Shown here piece after piece: positions 16,529 to 25,893 of a stretch of DNA of 58,747 nucleotides (positions are counted from its first letter, which is position 1; each line of letters starts with the position of its first letter). The notes under the pieces are model-generated. The model saw nothing but the letters and a program-made list of their open reading frames with translations. It made no database searches and was not told the origin of the DNA. The stretch comes from a virus (Duplodnaviria; Caudoviricetes): the IMG/VR virus record IMGVR_UViG_3300048839_000819, positions 1 to 58,747 of that record. One strand, written 5' to 3'. A program made the translations under genes and the position numbers.

Positions 16529-17128
16529 TTATACCTTTCTTGCAGTTACTCTAAAGTCTCGTTCTGGATGATTGTGTGTTATGCCATCACCAATACTTAT
16601 TATTTTGAAATTTGATTGCCTAAGTATCTCAGCGGTAGTATTGCCTGTGTATCCCCAGTGATGAGACCATTCAGGTCCAAAATTAAACTCATCACCGTAT
16701 ATCTCAGATATTGTTTGTTTTAGTATTTTGTTGAATTCGTCGTTAGAAGCATTTAAAAGAGATTTACTACTGTTCGTAATTATCTTGAATATGTCTGGTG
16801 CTTCAACTATCAAAGTTCCACCATCAACCATAAGATTGTGAATTATATTAAGTATTTTTTTGATGTTGCTGGGATATATATGCTCTATAACATGTGAAAA
16901 TAAGACTCCCTCAAAAGCATTTCTTAATCCTATATCATTCAACTGATCTATGTTACAAACTATATCTGCTCTTAATTTTTCATCAGAATTAGACATTATA
17001 TCAAAATTGATATGGTCTTTTAAAAACATGTGTCCACTTCCAAAATTAAGCTTTGGATTTTGTAAACACAGCATTTTTCTACTGGGATCTTCAAAAGATT
17101 CACATATTTTAAGTAGTTTTAAATTCAT
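16529..17128 (-). CDS. class I SAM-dependent methyltransferase
   Basis: LNFGSG...INFD...SHVIEH...GGTLIVEAPD. Confidence 0.85.
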   Translation of the reverse strand: MNLKLLKICESFEDPSRKMLCLQNPKLNFGSGHMFLKDHINFDIMSNSDEKLRADIVCNIDQLNDIGLRNAFEGVLFSHVIEHIYPSNIKKILNIIHNLMVDGGTLIVEAPDIFKIITNSSKSLLNASNDEFNKILKQTISEIYGDEFNFGPEWSHHWGYTGNTTAEILRQSNFKIISIGDGITHNHPERDFRVTARKV

Positions 17129-17865
17129 CTGATTAAACTCTCAGCTATAGTTTTTACTGTATCAAGTGACAACTCATTCCAGCATTTAAAATTATTTTTG
17201 CAAGGACTAAGATTGAAGCAGTGATGACAATCAGTTCTTGTTGTTACATTCATATGAAAACTATACCCGGTCCATATAGGGTCTGAAAAACCACCGAATA
17301 GTACTAGAGCTTTTTTATTTAGTCCAGCGCATAAATGAGATATGCCCCCTTCTCCACACACAACTAAATCACATCCTGATAGATAGTCCATAAGGTCATA
17401 TAGATATGTCTTATTATCAAAATGTGGAATCCTCTCAAAGCCTTCCATATCTGCAAGCGTATCAAAATGCGGCCACACTCTTTTAGAGTGGTAATTCCTT
17501 TTATGTTCACACTGAACAGCTATCCTGGTTTTTTTTACTGTCTTAGGCTTATAGTAAATTTCAGGCTTAACTTGCGGTAGATTTGTCTTTAGATTATATG
17601 CTTTACAAATAATTTCCCAGTCTGTTAAGATATGATGTTTAACGGGGTGAACGCCCCCATCTGGGGCGGGATACCCAAGAAACACACCTTCATTATTACC
17701 CCCAACCTTATCAACATAAGGATTATCTCTAACTACTTCCGCACGATTTGTATTAACAGTTATAAAACAATCAGGATAAGACTCTTTGATAACTTTAAAG
17801 GATGGAGTAGCAAATAGCATGTCCCCTATACCATTAAACGACTTAACTATTATTTCTTGCCCCAT
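17125..17865 (-). CDS. GT9 (heptosyltransferase-like) glycosyltransferase
   Basis: GIGDMLFATP, K-x-W (KRVWP), EGGISHLCAGL, C-terminal CxxC. Confidence 0.85.
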   Translation of the reverse strand: MGQEIIVKSFNGIGDMLFATPSFKVIKESYPDCFITVNTNRAEVVRDNPYVDKVGGNNEGVFLGYPAPDGGVHPVKHHILTDWEIICKAYNLKTNLPQVKPEIYYKPKTVKKTRIAVQCEHKRNYHSKRVWPHFDTLADMEGFERIPHFDNKTYLYDLMDYLSGCDLVVCGEGGISHLCAGLNKKALVLFGGFSDPIWTGYSFHMNVTTRTDCHHCFNLSPCKNNFKCWNELSLDTVKTIAESLIR

Positions 17866-18575
17866 TCTACCTCCCTATTGCCTCCTTCACAAAGAAAGCT
17901 CAAGCTCTCTTTATTTTTGTACTCATCTTCATAATTTTTATATTGAGAATAATAAGCAAACAAAGAATTATTTGGTTGTATTGCTATGCCCAACTCATGT
18001 GCAAGTACTGATCCAACAACCATATCATGTCTATGTCCACAGACTCTTGAGTCTTTAGACACTACATTATTTTTGTTATCCCAACTGCCTTTAAAGGCTG
18101 TTCCTTTTTCTGCTTCCCTCAAAAAAGAGTTAAAGAATATATTTGTTCTCTCTTCTCTAAAGTCGTACCCTTGAAAGCCTCCTGAGAACATACACACGTC
18201 CCACATGTCTTCTCTCTCAACGCCTAGGTGCTTCAAGGAGGCGTCTGAGCTCCATTGGGCCACTGGATACCCAGAGTTCTGAAGTAACACGCTGTGGGCC
18301 TCCACAAGATCAAAAATGGTACTTGTAGATTTGATCAGCCAAAAAGATGAATCCACCCATATAACTTTTTCATACCCTATAGATCTAGCCTCCTCAATAG
18401 CATACAGTTTGAAGGCATAGGGTACTTTTGAATGTTCTGGGCTCTTCAATGTTATTTCATTAAAAAGTAAAACATCAATTTCTGGGCTGTAAAATTTAAT
18501 AGTTTTATGCAGCCTCTTTTGTGCGTCAGGATACCAAGCGTTTGAGGTGGCATAGTTGACAATGCAATTTTTCAT
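17850..18575 (-). CDS. putative GT-A glycosyltransferase
   Basis: PYAFKLYAI...IWVDSS...GHRHD; start 18575 by ATGA overlap. Confidence 0.7.
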   Translation of the reverse strand: MKNCIVNYATSNAWYPDAQKRLHKTIKFYSPEIDVLLFNEITLKSPEHSKVPYAFKLYAIEEARSIGYEKVIWVDSSFWLIKSTSTIFDLVEAHSVLLQNSGYPVAQWSSDASLKHLGVEREDMWDVCMFSGGFQGYDFREERTNIFFNSFLREAEKGTAFKGSWDNKNNVVSKDSRVCGHRHDMVVGSVLAHELGIAIQPNNSLFAYYSQYKNYEDEYKNKESLSFLCEGGNREVEWGKK

Positions 18576-19342
18576 ATCATCTCCACAAATGTCCAATCGT
18601 CTTTACAAGAGTCAAACGGTTTAAACTCTGTATGTTTTGGCAGACAAAATTCTTCAAACCAATTTATTTTGGAACATCTGTCATAATTATAATTGTGTTG
18701 TACTACACAGGTATCACATTTAACATCAGGCGAAAAAAATGATTTAGGAAATGTGCTTAAAGATAGATCGTAATAATTACTTGCTATTTTTAAAGCACAA
18801 TTTAGGGCGGGCATTTCTCTGCCAGATCCTAGGGCTTTCCACAGGTCAAACCATTTTTTAAACATTTTAATAACAGCATCATTTTTCTTAAAAAGTAAGA
18901 TACCACCATTATATATTTTTACAGGTAATTTAACACCAGCTTCAACAAAAGCTTTTTTGTAAATGTTGGGTATTTTCTCGTTCTTCTTCCAAGCACAGAA
19001 AAAATTTACCATGATATCAGAAGTTTTAAGCATATTAAATATTTCATCAACTCCATTATTTTTTATTACACTATCACAGTCTATGTACAGTGTTTCATCG
19101 TATGGAGTATATTCATAAAGATGAAGTTTTACAAAACGATTTTGATCTTGTGAAAGATATTCTCTAATGATATTGACATTGCTATTTTTTAACCAAAGAG
19201 GGTCTTGTTTTTCCTCAGAAATATTAGTTATTACAGTTATGGGTAAATTCGTATATTTTCTGGAAAATAGCATTGTGTGTGCTGCTAATCTCTCGTACTC
19301 TTCTCCAAAAGCTACAGTTATTATACCCTTTGTCACACTCAT
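18572..19342 (-). CDS. GT8-like glycosyltransferase
   Basis: KLHLYEYTPYDETLYIDCDS (DxD), YNGGILLF. Confidence 0.8.
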   Translation of the reverse strand: MSVTKGIITVAFGEEYERLAAHTMLFSRKYTNLPITVITNISEEKQDPLWLKNSNVNIIREYLSQDQNRFVKLHLYEYTPYDETLYIDCDSVIKNNGVDEIFNMLKTSDIMVNFFCAWKKNEKIPNIYKKAFVEAGVKLPVKIYNGGILLFKKNDAVIKMFKKWFDLWKALGSGREMPALNCALKIASNYYDLSLSTFPKSFFSPDVKCDTCVVQHNYNYDRCSKINWFEEFCLPKHTEFKPFDSCKDDWTFVEMI

Positions 19343-19344
19343 TT

Positions 19345-19944
19345 TTAACGCTCCAAAAACATATTTTCACCATTATGTTTGTTGCAAGAAAAGCCTAAAT
19401 TTTTTGCTATTTCAAGTATTGGTCCATAGTTATTTTGTTTATCGTGATATTCAATACATATGGCTGTGCAGGTGCTTAAATCATCTGGTTTGAACTGTTT
19501 AAATACTTCTAGATTTACACCCTCAACGTCAATATTGATGAAGTCAAAATTAGTACCAACTGTGGAAAGAAGCTCTTCAACCGTAATAGTTTTCATCAAA
19601 AGTTTTTGATATGGTATCTGATTGTTAGTTACCCACAGATTTTTGTGATCAATGTCATAAGTTGAAATTGCATCTCCATTTGAATCCCAGAATTCTATGA
19701 TTCTAGACTGAGTATCAATTGCAGCATTTACAATAAGCGCATTGTCTCGATCTTTGTAGTGGTTCATCAAACCCTTTATTACAGATGGTGACGGTTCAAC
19801 AAGAACGCCTCCCCATCCTAACAATGACAAAGCCCAAGTGTTACTCATGCTTTTTCCGTCGTATGCACCAATATCTAGAAAATTACCTATCTTTCCTTTG
19901 AAGTGTTCTAAAATCCACTGTTCTTCTTTGTTTTGTGAGTACAT
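19345..19944 (-). CDS. FkbM-family methyltransferase
   Basis: MYSQNKEE...FLDIGAYDG..SNT..WGGVLVEP..FINIDVEG; true start at ATG 19944. Confidence 0.9.
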   Translation of the reverse strand: MYSQNKEEQWILEHFKGKIGNFLDIGAYDGKSMSNTWALSLLGWGGVLVEPSPSVIKGLMNHYKDRDNALIVNAAIDTQSRIIEFWDSNGDAISTYDIDHKNLWVTNNQIPYQKLLMKTITVEELLSTVGTNFDFINIDVEGVNLEVFKQFKPDDLSTCTAICIEYHDKQNNYGPILEIAKNLGFSCNKHNGENMFLER

Positions 19945-19957
19945 AATTTTAATCTTT

Positions 19958-20623
19958 CTATTTAGGGAATCCCAAGGCTTTTCGGTTGTTATATGTTTTA
20001 CAATCAGCATCATTGTCTCTAGAGTTTTTCTTGTACAGGTCATCCTCAGACCCAGGACCACCATGCCATTTATGCTGAATTATAACTTTAGGGTTGTAGT
20101 AATGCTTTTTCAAAGCTCTTACAACCTCTGTGAATTCATTGTCACAGTAAAAACTTTTGTAGTCTGGGTGATACATATACCCAAAATATTCGTACAGTTT
20201 TCTACCCATTATTGACAAGGTGATAGTGTTGTCTTTTCCAAACAGCCCATCGTTGTAGTGGAGAGCTCCGTCTGTATCAGGGAAATTAGCTTTCATATCA
20301 CTTACAATTACTTTGTCAAACTCTGGAACAATAGGTATCATATCGTCTGAAACCAGAACAATGATATCCCATTTAGTGTCTAGGCTTATATCTGCGTTAC
20401 ACGCAGCTATTTTACTAGGTGAGTTTCCAAAGAAGTAGGAAAGCTTAGGGAAAGTTTTTAGCTGGGCAATCATATCTCTATTGTTCATCGTTTTGTCATC
20501 GTGATCTAGTGTTATGACAAACTCAAAATCACAAGTGGGACTCAACATTTTATAGTAGGTTTTAAGGGTTTGAAGAAACCACTCTGGACGACTTCTGGTT
20601 GGGTACTTAAAAAGAATTTTCAC
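19958..20623 (-). CDS. GT2-like glycosyltransferase
   Basis: YPTRSRP, SKIAACN, VSDDM, YCDNE, IIQH. Confidence 0.8.
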   Translation of the reverse strand: MKILFKYPTRSRPEWFLQTLKTYYKMLSPTCDFEFVITLDHDDKTMNNRDMIAQLKTFPKLSYFFGNSPSKIAACNADISLDTKWDIIVLVSDDMIPIVPEFDKVIVSDMKANFPDTDGALHYNDGLFGKDNTITLSIMGRKLYEYFGYMYHPDYKSFYCDNEFTEVVRALKKHYYNPKVIIQHKWHGGPGSEDDLYKKNSRDNDADCKTYNNRKALGFPK

Positions 20624-20626
20624 AGG

Positions 20627-21178
20627 TTAGCTCGCATAATAATAGTATAGAACATTTTTTATTTTAACTTCGGTTTTAAGTAAAGGAAGTAGGGCTTCTG
20701 AATAAACACGGTCTTCACCAATTGTTATGTTTGGAAACCCTACAGAACAAGCAATATCTTTTTTTATAGCATTTAGATGGTTTGGAGATCTGTAATAAAC
20801 ATTGTTTTCAAGATACCAACTTTTGTAATCTATAGAATGTTTAAACAGCCTTTTTATTCTCCTGTACCCATTGCTGTGCTTCTCAGATAACTCTATCTCA
20901 CCAACTAAACTGCAACAGTCAGGTGAGTACTTTATAGCCTCTAAAACGTCTTTTACATAAGTAGGGCTAACAAGATCATCGTCATCTATGAAAGCTATGT
21001 AGTCCCCCTTAGCTCTTTCCAGAAGTATATTTCTTTTCTTACCAGTCGGTATTGTTTTGTTGTCGCAACAATACAAAACTTCAACCTCTGAGGTTAGTTG
21101 CGGGAGAAGAACTTTCTTGAGCCTATCCAGTGAGAGAGCTCTCTCTTGCAGTGTACACACAAGTAGAGATAATTTCAT
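20627..21178 (-). CDS. GT2 glycosyltransferase
   Basis: LSLLVCT, GKKRN, GDYIAFIDDDD, GED. Confidence 0.9.
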   Translation of the reverse strand: MKLSLLVCTLQERALSLDRLKKVLLPQLTSEVEVLYCCDNKTIPTGKKRNILLERAKGDYIAFIDDDDLVSPTYVKDVLEAIKYSPDCCSLVGEIELSEKHSNGYRRIKRLFKHSIDYKSWYLENNVYYRSPNHLNAIKKDIACSVGFPNITIGEDRVYSEALLPLLKTEVKIKNVLYYYYAS

Positions 21179-21199
21179 GAGATATGATTCCTCACATCT

Positions 21200-22000
21200 T
21201 TAGGCTTCCTGAAGCTCTAAAGAATGGCTTCCCATAGCATTTTCTGTGTTTCTGACTAGTTTCATAAGCTCGCCCACTTGTGTTGCTTCAACACTAAATT
21301 TTTGTGTGTCGCCATAATCGTCACAATCATGTGTAACGGGGAATTCCAACATGCCTATGTTTTGAGACACAATTGCAGGAATGTATTTAATAGGCTTTGC
21401 TCCAAGGGAATACCCAATGAAAGCACCAGCGGATGAATATTTATATTTCAAGGTTTGAATTCTTCTGATGTTGATATTATTAGATGAGCAGGTGTTGCTT
21501 CCAGGAGAAGCCAAAATACCAGCAATGGTATCTGTAAAATAATAAACTACATTGTCAAGATCGTTTTCTGGTGTGGAGCCAGTATTAAGAACTACAGGGG
21601 TTCCTAAGTTTGCACAAGCCTTAATGTAGTCTAAATCACAAAAAAGATCTGATGGTATTCTTAGGTAAGGAACATGGTACTTTTCAACTAACATCTTTGC
21701 TGATTGAATATCCCACGGTGTGGATGTCCATTCAATGTTATAGTTTTGACAGGCTTCATTTATCTCGTCGTAGTCACACTCTTCCAGCTCAAGTGCTTCT
21801 ACTTCATCCCTGAGTGTTTCACCCCACATGCTTTTTTTAGATGAATCTAGGGCAGTTTTACTATAGAATGTATCTACGTTCTTTGTGTGAAACTTGATAA
21901 TATCAACTTTGTGCTTTGCCAAAATCTCGATCATGGCTAACACATTATCAATCTCCCCATTGTGATTGACTCCATAATCAGCTACTACTTTACAGTTCAT
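21200..22000 (-). CDS. NeuB (N-acetylneuraminate/nonulosonate synthase)-like protein, metal ligands apparently lost
   Basis: ADYGVNHNG, IIKF, STPWD, VVLNTG, GYS; lacks the SDH and EKH histidines and the C-terminal SAF domain. Confidence 0.8.
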   Translation of the reverse strand: MNCKVVADYGVNHNGEIDNVLAMIEILAKHKVDIIKFHTKNVDTFYSKTALDSSKKSMWGETLRDEVEALELEECDYDEINEACQNYNIEWTSTPWDIQSAKMLVEKYHVPYLRIPSDLFCDLDYIKACANLGTPVVLNTGSTPENDLDNVVYYFTDTIAGILASPGSNTCSSNNINIRRIQTLKYKYSSAGAFIGYSLGAKPIKYIPAIVSQNIGMLEFPVTHDCDDYGDTQKFSVEATQVGELMKLVRNTENAMGSHSLELQEA

Positions 22001-22052
22001 GTTTTACTCCTTGTAAATATTTAATTAAAAACACTGAAACTTTAAAGTGAAT

Positions 22053-22080
22053 ATTCTAGACATTTTTTTATTAAAGTCAA
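22053..22080 (-). promoter_or_regulatory. sigma70-type promoter upstream of the NeuB-like gene
   Basis: TTGACT-16 nt-TAGAAT. Confidence 0.55.
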
Positions 22081-22102
22081 GTATTTTTAATGATTTTTAA
22101 TC

Positions 22103-22882
22103 TCACCGATAGTTTGAAACCCTCAAAATATTGAATTTGTCCTTCTCCAGGTAATCTCTAGTAGCTAATGCCAAATCTATATCAGTTTTACCTATGGTAT
22201 TCATTGCCAGTAAGGTAGCTTTTGTGATATCCTCTTTGGTGTTCCAAGCCACTGTACAGGGCAAGTCAGGGTTATTGTGTACAGAATAAATACCTAATTG
22301 CCCTAACTCAAGTACAGTATTAGATAGACCATCATGCTTAGTTAGGCGATAGCCTAGGAAGCATCGTTTATAGACATCAAACATTTCCTGATGTTGTACA
22401 TCTTGTGAATTTGCAGTAATGAATTCTATATCTGGGAAATCCGATGATATTTCCTTTACCATCTTTTTATTATAGATTTCAGGACGCTGCATTATGCCAT
22501 AAGAATATACACATTTACCCTTGTTAATGACTGGGTAAATTATGCTGGTTGGGGTGAATTTCTGTCTAACATATTTAAGTTTTAGAATGTCTAGATCTTC
22601 AGCTATCCAATGTGATACAGCTACACTAATTATATTCTTCTTCCTAAGTCTTGGGACCATATAGGAATTAATTGTGTGCAGTAATGCAGCATCCATACCT
22701 CCCCAAATAACAACAGCAAGACCCTTATGAGACTCTATCATTCTCAAAGAGGTTTCAGAGTAACAACCAAAAAATATAGACGGTTTTGTTGTATTTTTAT
22801 AGTTGTTTAGTTGATATTTTTTTAGGACTCTGTCCTTAAAGTGTGTAAGGCATGGAGACACAAATATCTGATCAATTATCAT
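22103..22882 (-). CDS. putative GT-B glycosyltransferase
   Basis: IWGGMDA, AVSHWI, RLTKHDGLSNTVLELG (GT4-like E/D-x7-E region). Confidence 0.65.
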   Translation of the reverse strand: MIIDQIFVSPCLTHFKDRVLKKYQLNNYKNTTKPSIFFGCYSETSLRMIESHKGLAVVIWGGMDAALLHTINSYMVPRLRKKNIISVAVSHWIAEDLDILKLKYVRQKFTPTSIIYPVINKGKCVYSYGIMQRPEIYNKKMVKEISSDFPDIEFITANSQDVQHQEMFDVYKRCFLGYRLTKHDGLSNTVLELGQLGIYSVHNNPDLPCTVAWNTKEDITKATLLAMNTIGKTDIDLALATRDYLEKDKFNILRVSNYR

Positions 22883-22933
22883 TGAAACTCATTTTAAAAT
22901 AAAAAGTAATTTTGGACAAAGTATATATTTTAA

Positions 22934-23656
22934 TTACAAAATGTCAATACTAATTTTTGGAAAAACTTCAAGAGCGGAATTTTTATTTAGATTATATATT
23001 TCTATGTCTGTTGATTTAATTAAATCAGAGACAGTTTCAAAACACTTGATAAATTCGTTCAATTTTCTCTTTGTTTGGCTTGGTTCTTGTCTAAAGTATC
23101 CACTGTGCCAGTGGGTTTTTTCGTTTTTGTCGTCAATGGACAAATCAAACCCCAAAAGGTGTATAATGTTAAAACCAAGGGCGATAGCGAGCATAATTGC
23201 GCCAGAACCAGAGTTGCTTGTGCTGTATATTCCATTTTTTATATCTCTTGATAAAGTAGGTTTTATTATAGATTTTAGGGCTATTACTTCTTTGCTAAAC
23301 ACAAGGTCTCTATGAGACCGTATTGTGTATTTAGTTCCTGAAAAATTTCTCCAGGCTTGTCTCATTGCTTTAATGTCTTTTTCATCCGATGGAGTGTCTG
23401 ATGTGCAGTTGGTGTAAATACCTATATCCATGAAATACATGGTATCCACATAAGGTAATAGAATAGACTTATTCACACCAATGGTGTGATAGTCTTTCCA
23501 GAGTTCAGGGGAAACATATTGTAAAGACGGGCCTCCCCCCAAGATGACGCACGGTCTATTTCTATGGGAACTAGAGAGGCCCTGATTTGAAACAACGCTT
23601 ATTTTATTAGGCAGATTCCTGGTTATTTTAACTATTTTTCTATCTGGATATCCCAT
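22934..23656 (-). CDS. DUF115/Maf-like (nonulosonate transferase-fold) protein
   Basis: CVILGGGPSL, TIGVN, NSGSGAIMLAIALGFNIIHLLGFD, HWH, IYNLN. Confidence 0.8.
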   Translation of the reverse strand: MGYPDRKIVKITRNLPNKISVVSNQGLSSSHRNRPCVILGGGPSLQYVSPELWKDYHTIGVNKSILLPYVDTMYFMDIGIYTNCTSDTPSDEKDIKAMRQAWRNFSGTKYTIRSHRDLVFSKEVIALKSIIKPTLSRDIKNGIYSTSNSGSGAIMLAIALGFNIIHLLGFDLSIDDKNEKTHWHSGYFRQEPSQTKRKLNEFIKCFETVSDLIKSTDIEIYNLNKNSALEVFPKISIDIL

Positions 23657-24762
23657 TATTGTTTAACAAGATCACCGGTTCCAAAAGGCATCCAATAAAT
23701 TACCAAAGAAGATGAGTTTTGGGTAATTTTAATATAGTCACCATTCTTTATAAGTCCAGAAGCTGCGCCAGTTGCTTTAGCATAACCTCCGGCTTCATAA
23801 AAACCTCCTAAGAAAGTTACAGGAGGATTAGATGAATCAGAATATAATAGAAGATAAGTGGTTGCACTGGTTGTTGCAGCAATTAAGTAGCCATCACATT
23901 GTGCTTGGTATACAGAATTTTGTGTTAAGGTATTGCCTAAAGAGTCAGTGGTTGTTCTAGTTCCAAATCCGGGCCACTGTATGCTGGAAGCAACAGCAAT
24001 TTTACCCGTACTTGTATTTGTTGTAATTGTAGACTCATCAGGAAAAACCGGCTTGTGTACTAAGCTTCTCCCATCTGTAATATCACTCTTTGTAATAATC
24101 TTCCCTACGGGAAGAACTATAATTGCCAAAATTGCTTTAGCATTATACGTTGTTGCTGTGGCTGAATGTGCTACAGCGCCTGTATCACTTATATAGATAT
24201 AAATTGACTGACCTGCTGTGTATCCAGAAAGATCAACATATTGCCAGGGCACTGCTACTATGCCAGAGGCAACGGCAGCAACGCCCGGATTAACCACTAC
24301 CCTTGAGCTATTTACATAAGTAGGGGTAACTTTTAGTTGGTATTTGTAATGCTCTGGAATGCTTCTACTTGCTTGACTGAAGCTTACTGGAGTTGCGCCA
24401 CTATATGTCATCTCACCAAGCAAAATGTCATTAGCTGCAACGGACGAAGTGGCTAACAAATCCATGTAGTCATCTGAAGCATTTCCTGTATACTCCCATC
24501 TTAGAACAAGGTATTTGTTTGTAGAGTCTAAGGCTACGTTTACACTGTCTGCTGTCTGTACACGAACCTGATAGGTTCCATCAGATATTTCACAAATAAG
24601 AGGGCCTATTGTAACGGTATTACTGGGAATTGAGGTTGACACCTCACCACCCTCATAAATACCAGTGGGTCTTGTTTTGTAATGTCTCAGATTAACCAGA
24701 CCACTTCTTACAGCATCCAAATATTTCAAACTAACAGTTTGCGTTCCAACATCTGCTGGCAT
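23656..24762 (-). CDS. baseplate-attached tail fibre/spike protein
   Basis: Position after wedge genes; Ser/Thr/Gly-rich beta structure; C-terminal VYQAQCDGY module. Confidence 0.65.
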   Translation of the reverse strand: MPADVGTQTVSLKYLDAVRSGLVNLRHYKTRPTGIYEGGEVSTSIPSNTVTIGPLICEISDGTYQVRVQTADSVNVALDSTNKYLVLRWEYTGNASDDYMDLLATSSVAANDILLGEMTYSGATPVSFSQASRSIPEHYKYQLKVTPTYVNSSRVVVNPGVAAVASGIVAVPWQYVDLSGYTAGQSIYIYISDTGAVAHSATATTYNAKAILAIIVLPVGKIITKSDITDGRSLVHKPVFPDESTITTNTSTGKIAVASSIQWPGFGTRTTTDSLGNTLTQNSVYQAQCDGYLIAATTSATTYLLLYSDSSNPPVTFLGGFYEAGGYAKATGAASGLIKNGDYIKITQNSSSLVIYWMPFGTGDLVKQ

Positions 24763-24778
24763 AATAAACTCCTACCAA

Positions 24779-25879
24779 TTAAACGGTTCTGTTGACCGTA
24801 ATAATGAACTTTAAAATTTCGTCTGTACCTGTGTATATATCAGGAAAAGTTACACCTATCATTAACTCTTCACCTACTGCTGTGTAATATAAGCCTAGAA
24901 GGTTTGCTCCAGAAGTTAAAATAGTATTTTTAGGTATTAAAACTTCATAAATACATCTATCTTCATAGATTGTAACACTGTCAATTGTTCCAGTAGCTTG
25001 GACAGGAAACACAGAGTATGGTCCTGCTCCGCTTAAATCCATATAGGTAGAACCACCAGTCCCTAGTTTCCAGTCTGTTATATTGTTGATGAAACTTTCT
25101 GTATCCAAATCAAAAGTTTCTACTGGAGTGTCATCAAAGTATTTCAAATCCGGTGAGCTTAAACCATCACCGTCGAAAAATGTGTTTGAGTATTGCCACG
25201 TCCCAATGATCCTACATGAAACATTGTTGCTTGTGTTTGTGCTTACAGCTAAATCTTCTGAGCATCCTGTGCTGATCTGTAAATAATATGATGGTACTGT
25301 ATTTACGGGTCTAGTTTTTTCTATTAGTGTAGCAACGTTTGTAAATAATCCAGGTCTCCACAAATGATCAGGGTAGACAATGCCAGAGTAGGTTTCTGCT
25401 GGATAGTATTTGTCTAAAAGTGCAGCCATTCCAAAATGGGGAGACTTGTAGTAGGTGCTATCAAGCCCCGGTGGATTCTCTCCCTCATCACCGACAAACC
25501 AATCCTGCTCTACAAAAGTAGAGTAGTCATTAGTATACAAGTCATAGATAGTTAAATTCAGATCTGTCAATAGAGAAATAACACTTATTGATTTATAAGT
25601 TCCTTTTAACTTCAACCAATCTGTCATCCATATAAGGTTTTTCCTTATTTTTTCATCAGAAGCACTGTCCGATGTTAGAAGGGTTTCACCTAAAAGAGCT
25701 GCCAGATATTTAATGTAATCAATTGGAACTGTTTCAGGATTGACTAAATCAGGAAGAGCCTCAATGCTAGTTACCCACTCCTCTGCAATCTCTTGAAAAG
25801 CAGAGCAAAAGTCAATAACCAAATTTGAAGTTCTCAAATGTGGTGGAAGTAAATCAATAAAATCTAATGAAAATGACAT
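24779..25879 (-). CDS. baseplate wedge protein (P2 gpI / T4 gp7-like)
   Basis: DLLPPHL...YLAALLG...KLKGTYKSI...RPVNT. Confidence 0.75.
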   Translation of the reverse strand: MSFSLDFIDLLPPHLRTSNLVIDFCSAFQEIAEEWVTSIEALPDLVNPETVPIDYIKYLAALLGETLLTSDSASDEKIRKNLIWMTDWLKLKGTYKSISVISLLTDLNLTIYDLYTNDYSTFVEQDWFVGDEGENPPGLDSTYYKSPHFGMAALLDKYYPAETYSGIVYPDHLWRPGLFTNVATLIEKTRPVNTVPSYYLQISTGCSEDLAVSTNTSNNVSCRIIGTWQYSNTFFDGDGLSSPDLKYFDDTPVETFDLDTESFINNITDWKLGTGGSTYMDLSGAGPYSVFPVQATGTIDSVTIYEDRCIYEVLIPKNTILTSGANLLGLYYTAVGEELMIGVTFPDIYTGTDEILKFIITVNRTV

Positions 25880-25893
25880 AGTTTATCCTTGAT

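Noticed and set aside
19945-20064. N-terminal extension of the FkbM ORF as given in the track
   Set aside because: It overlaps the upstream GT gene; the family begins at MYSQ (ATG 19944)
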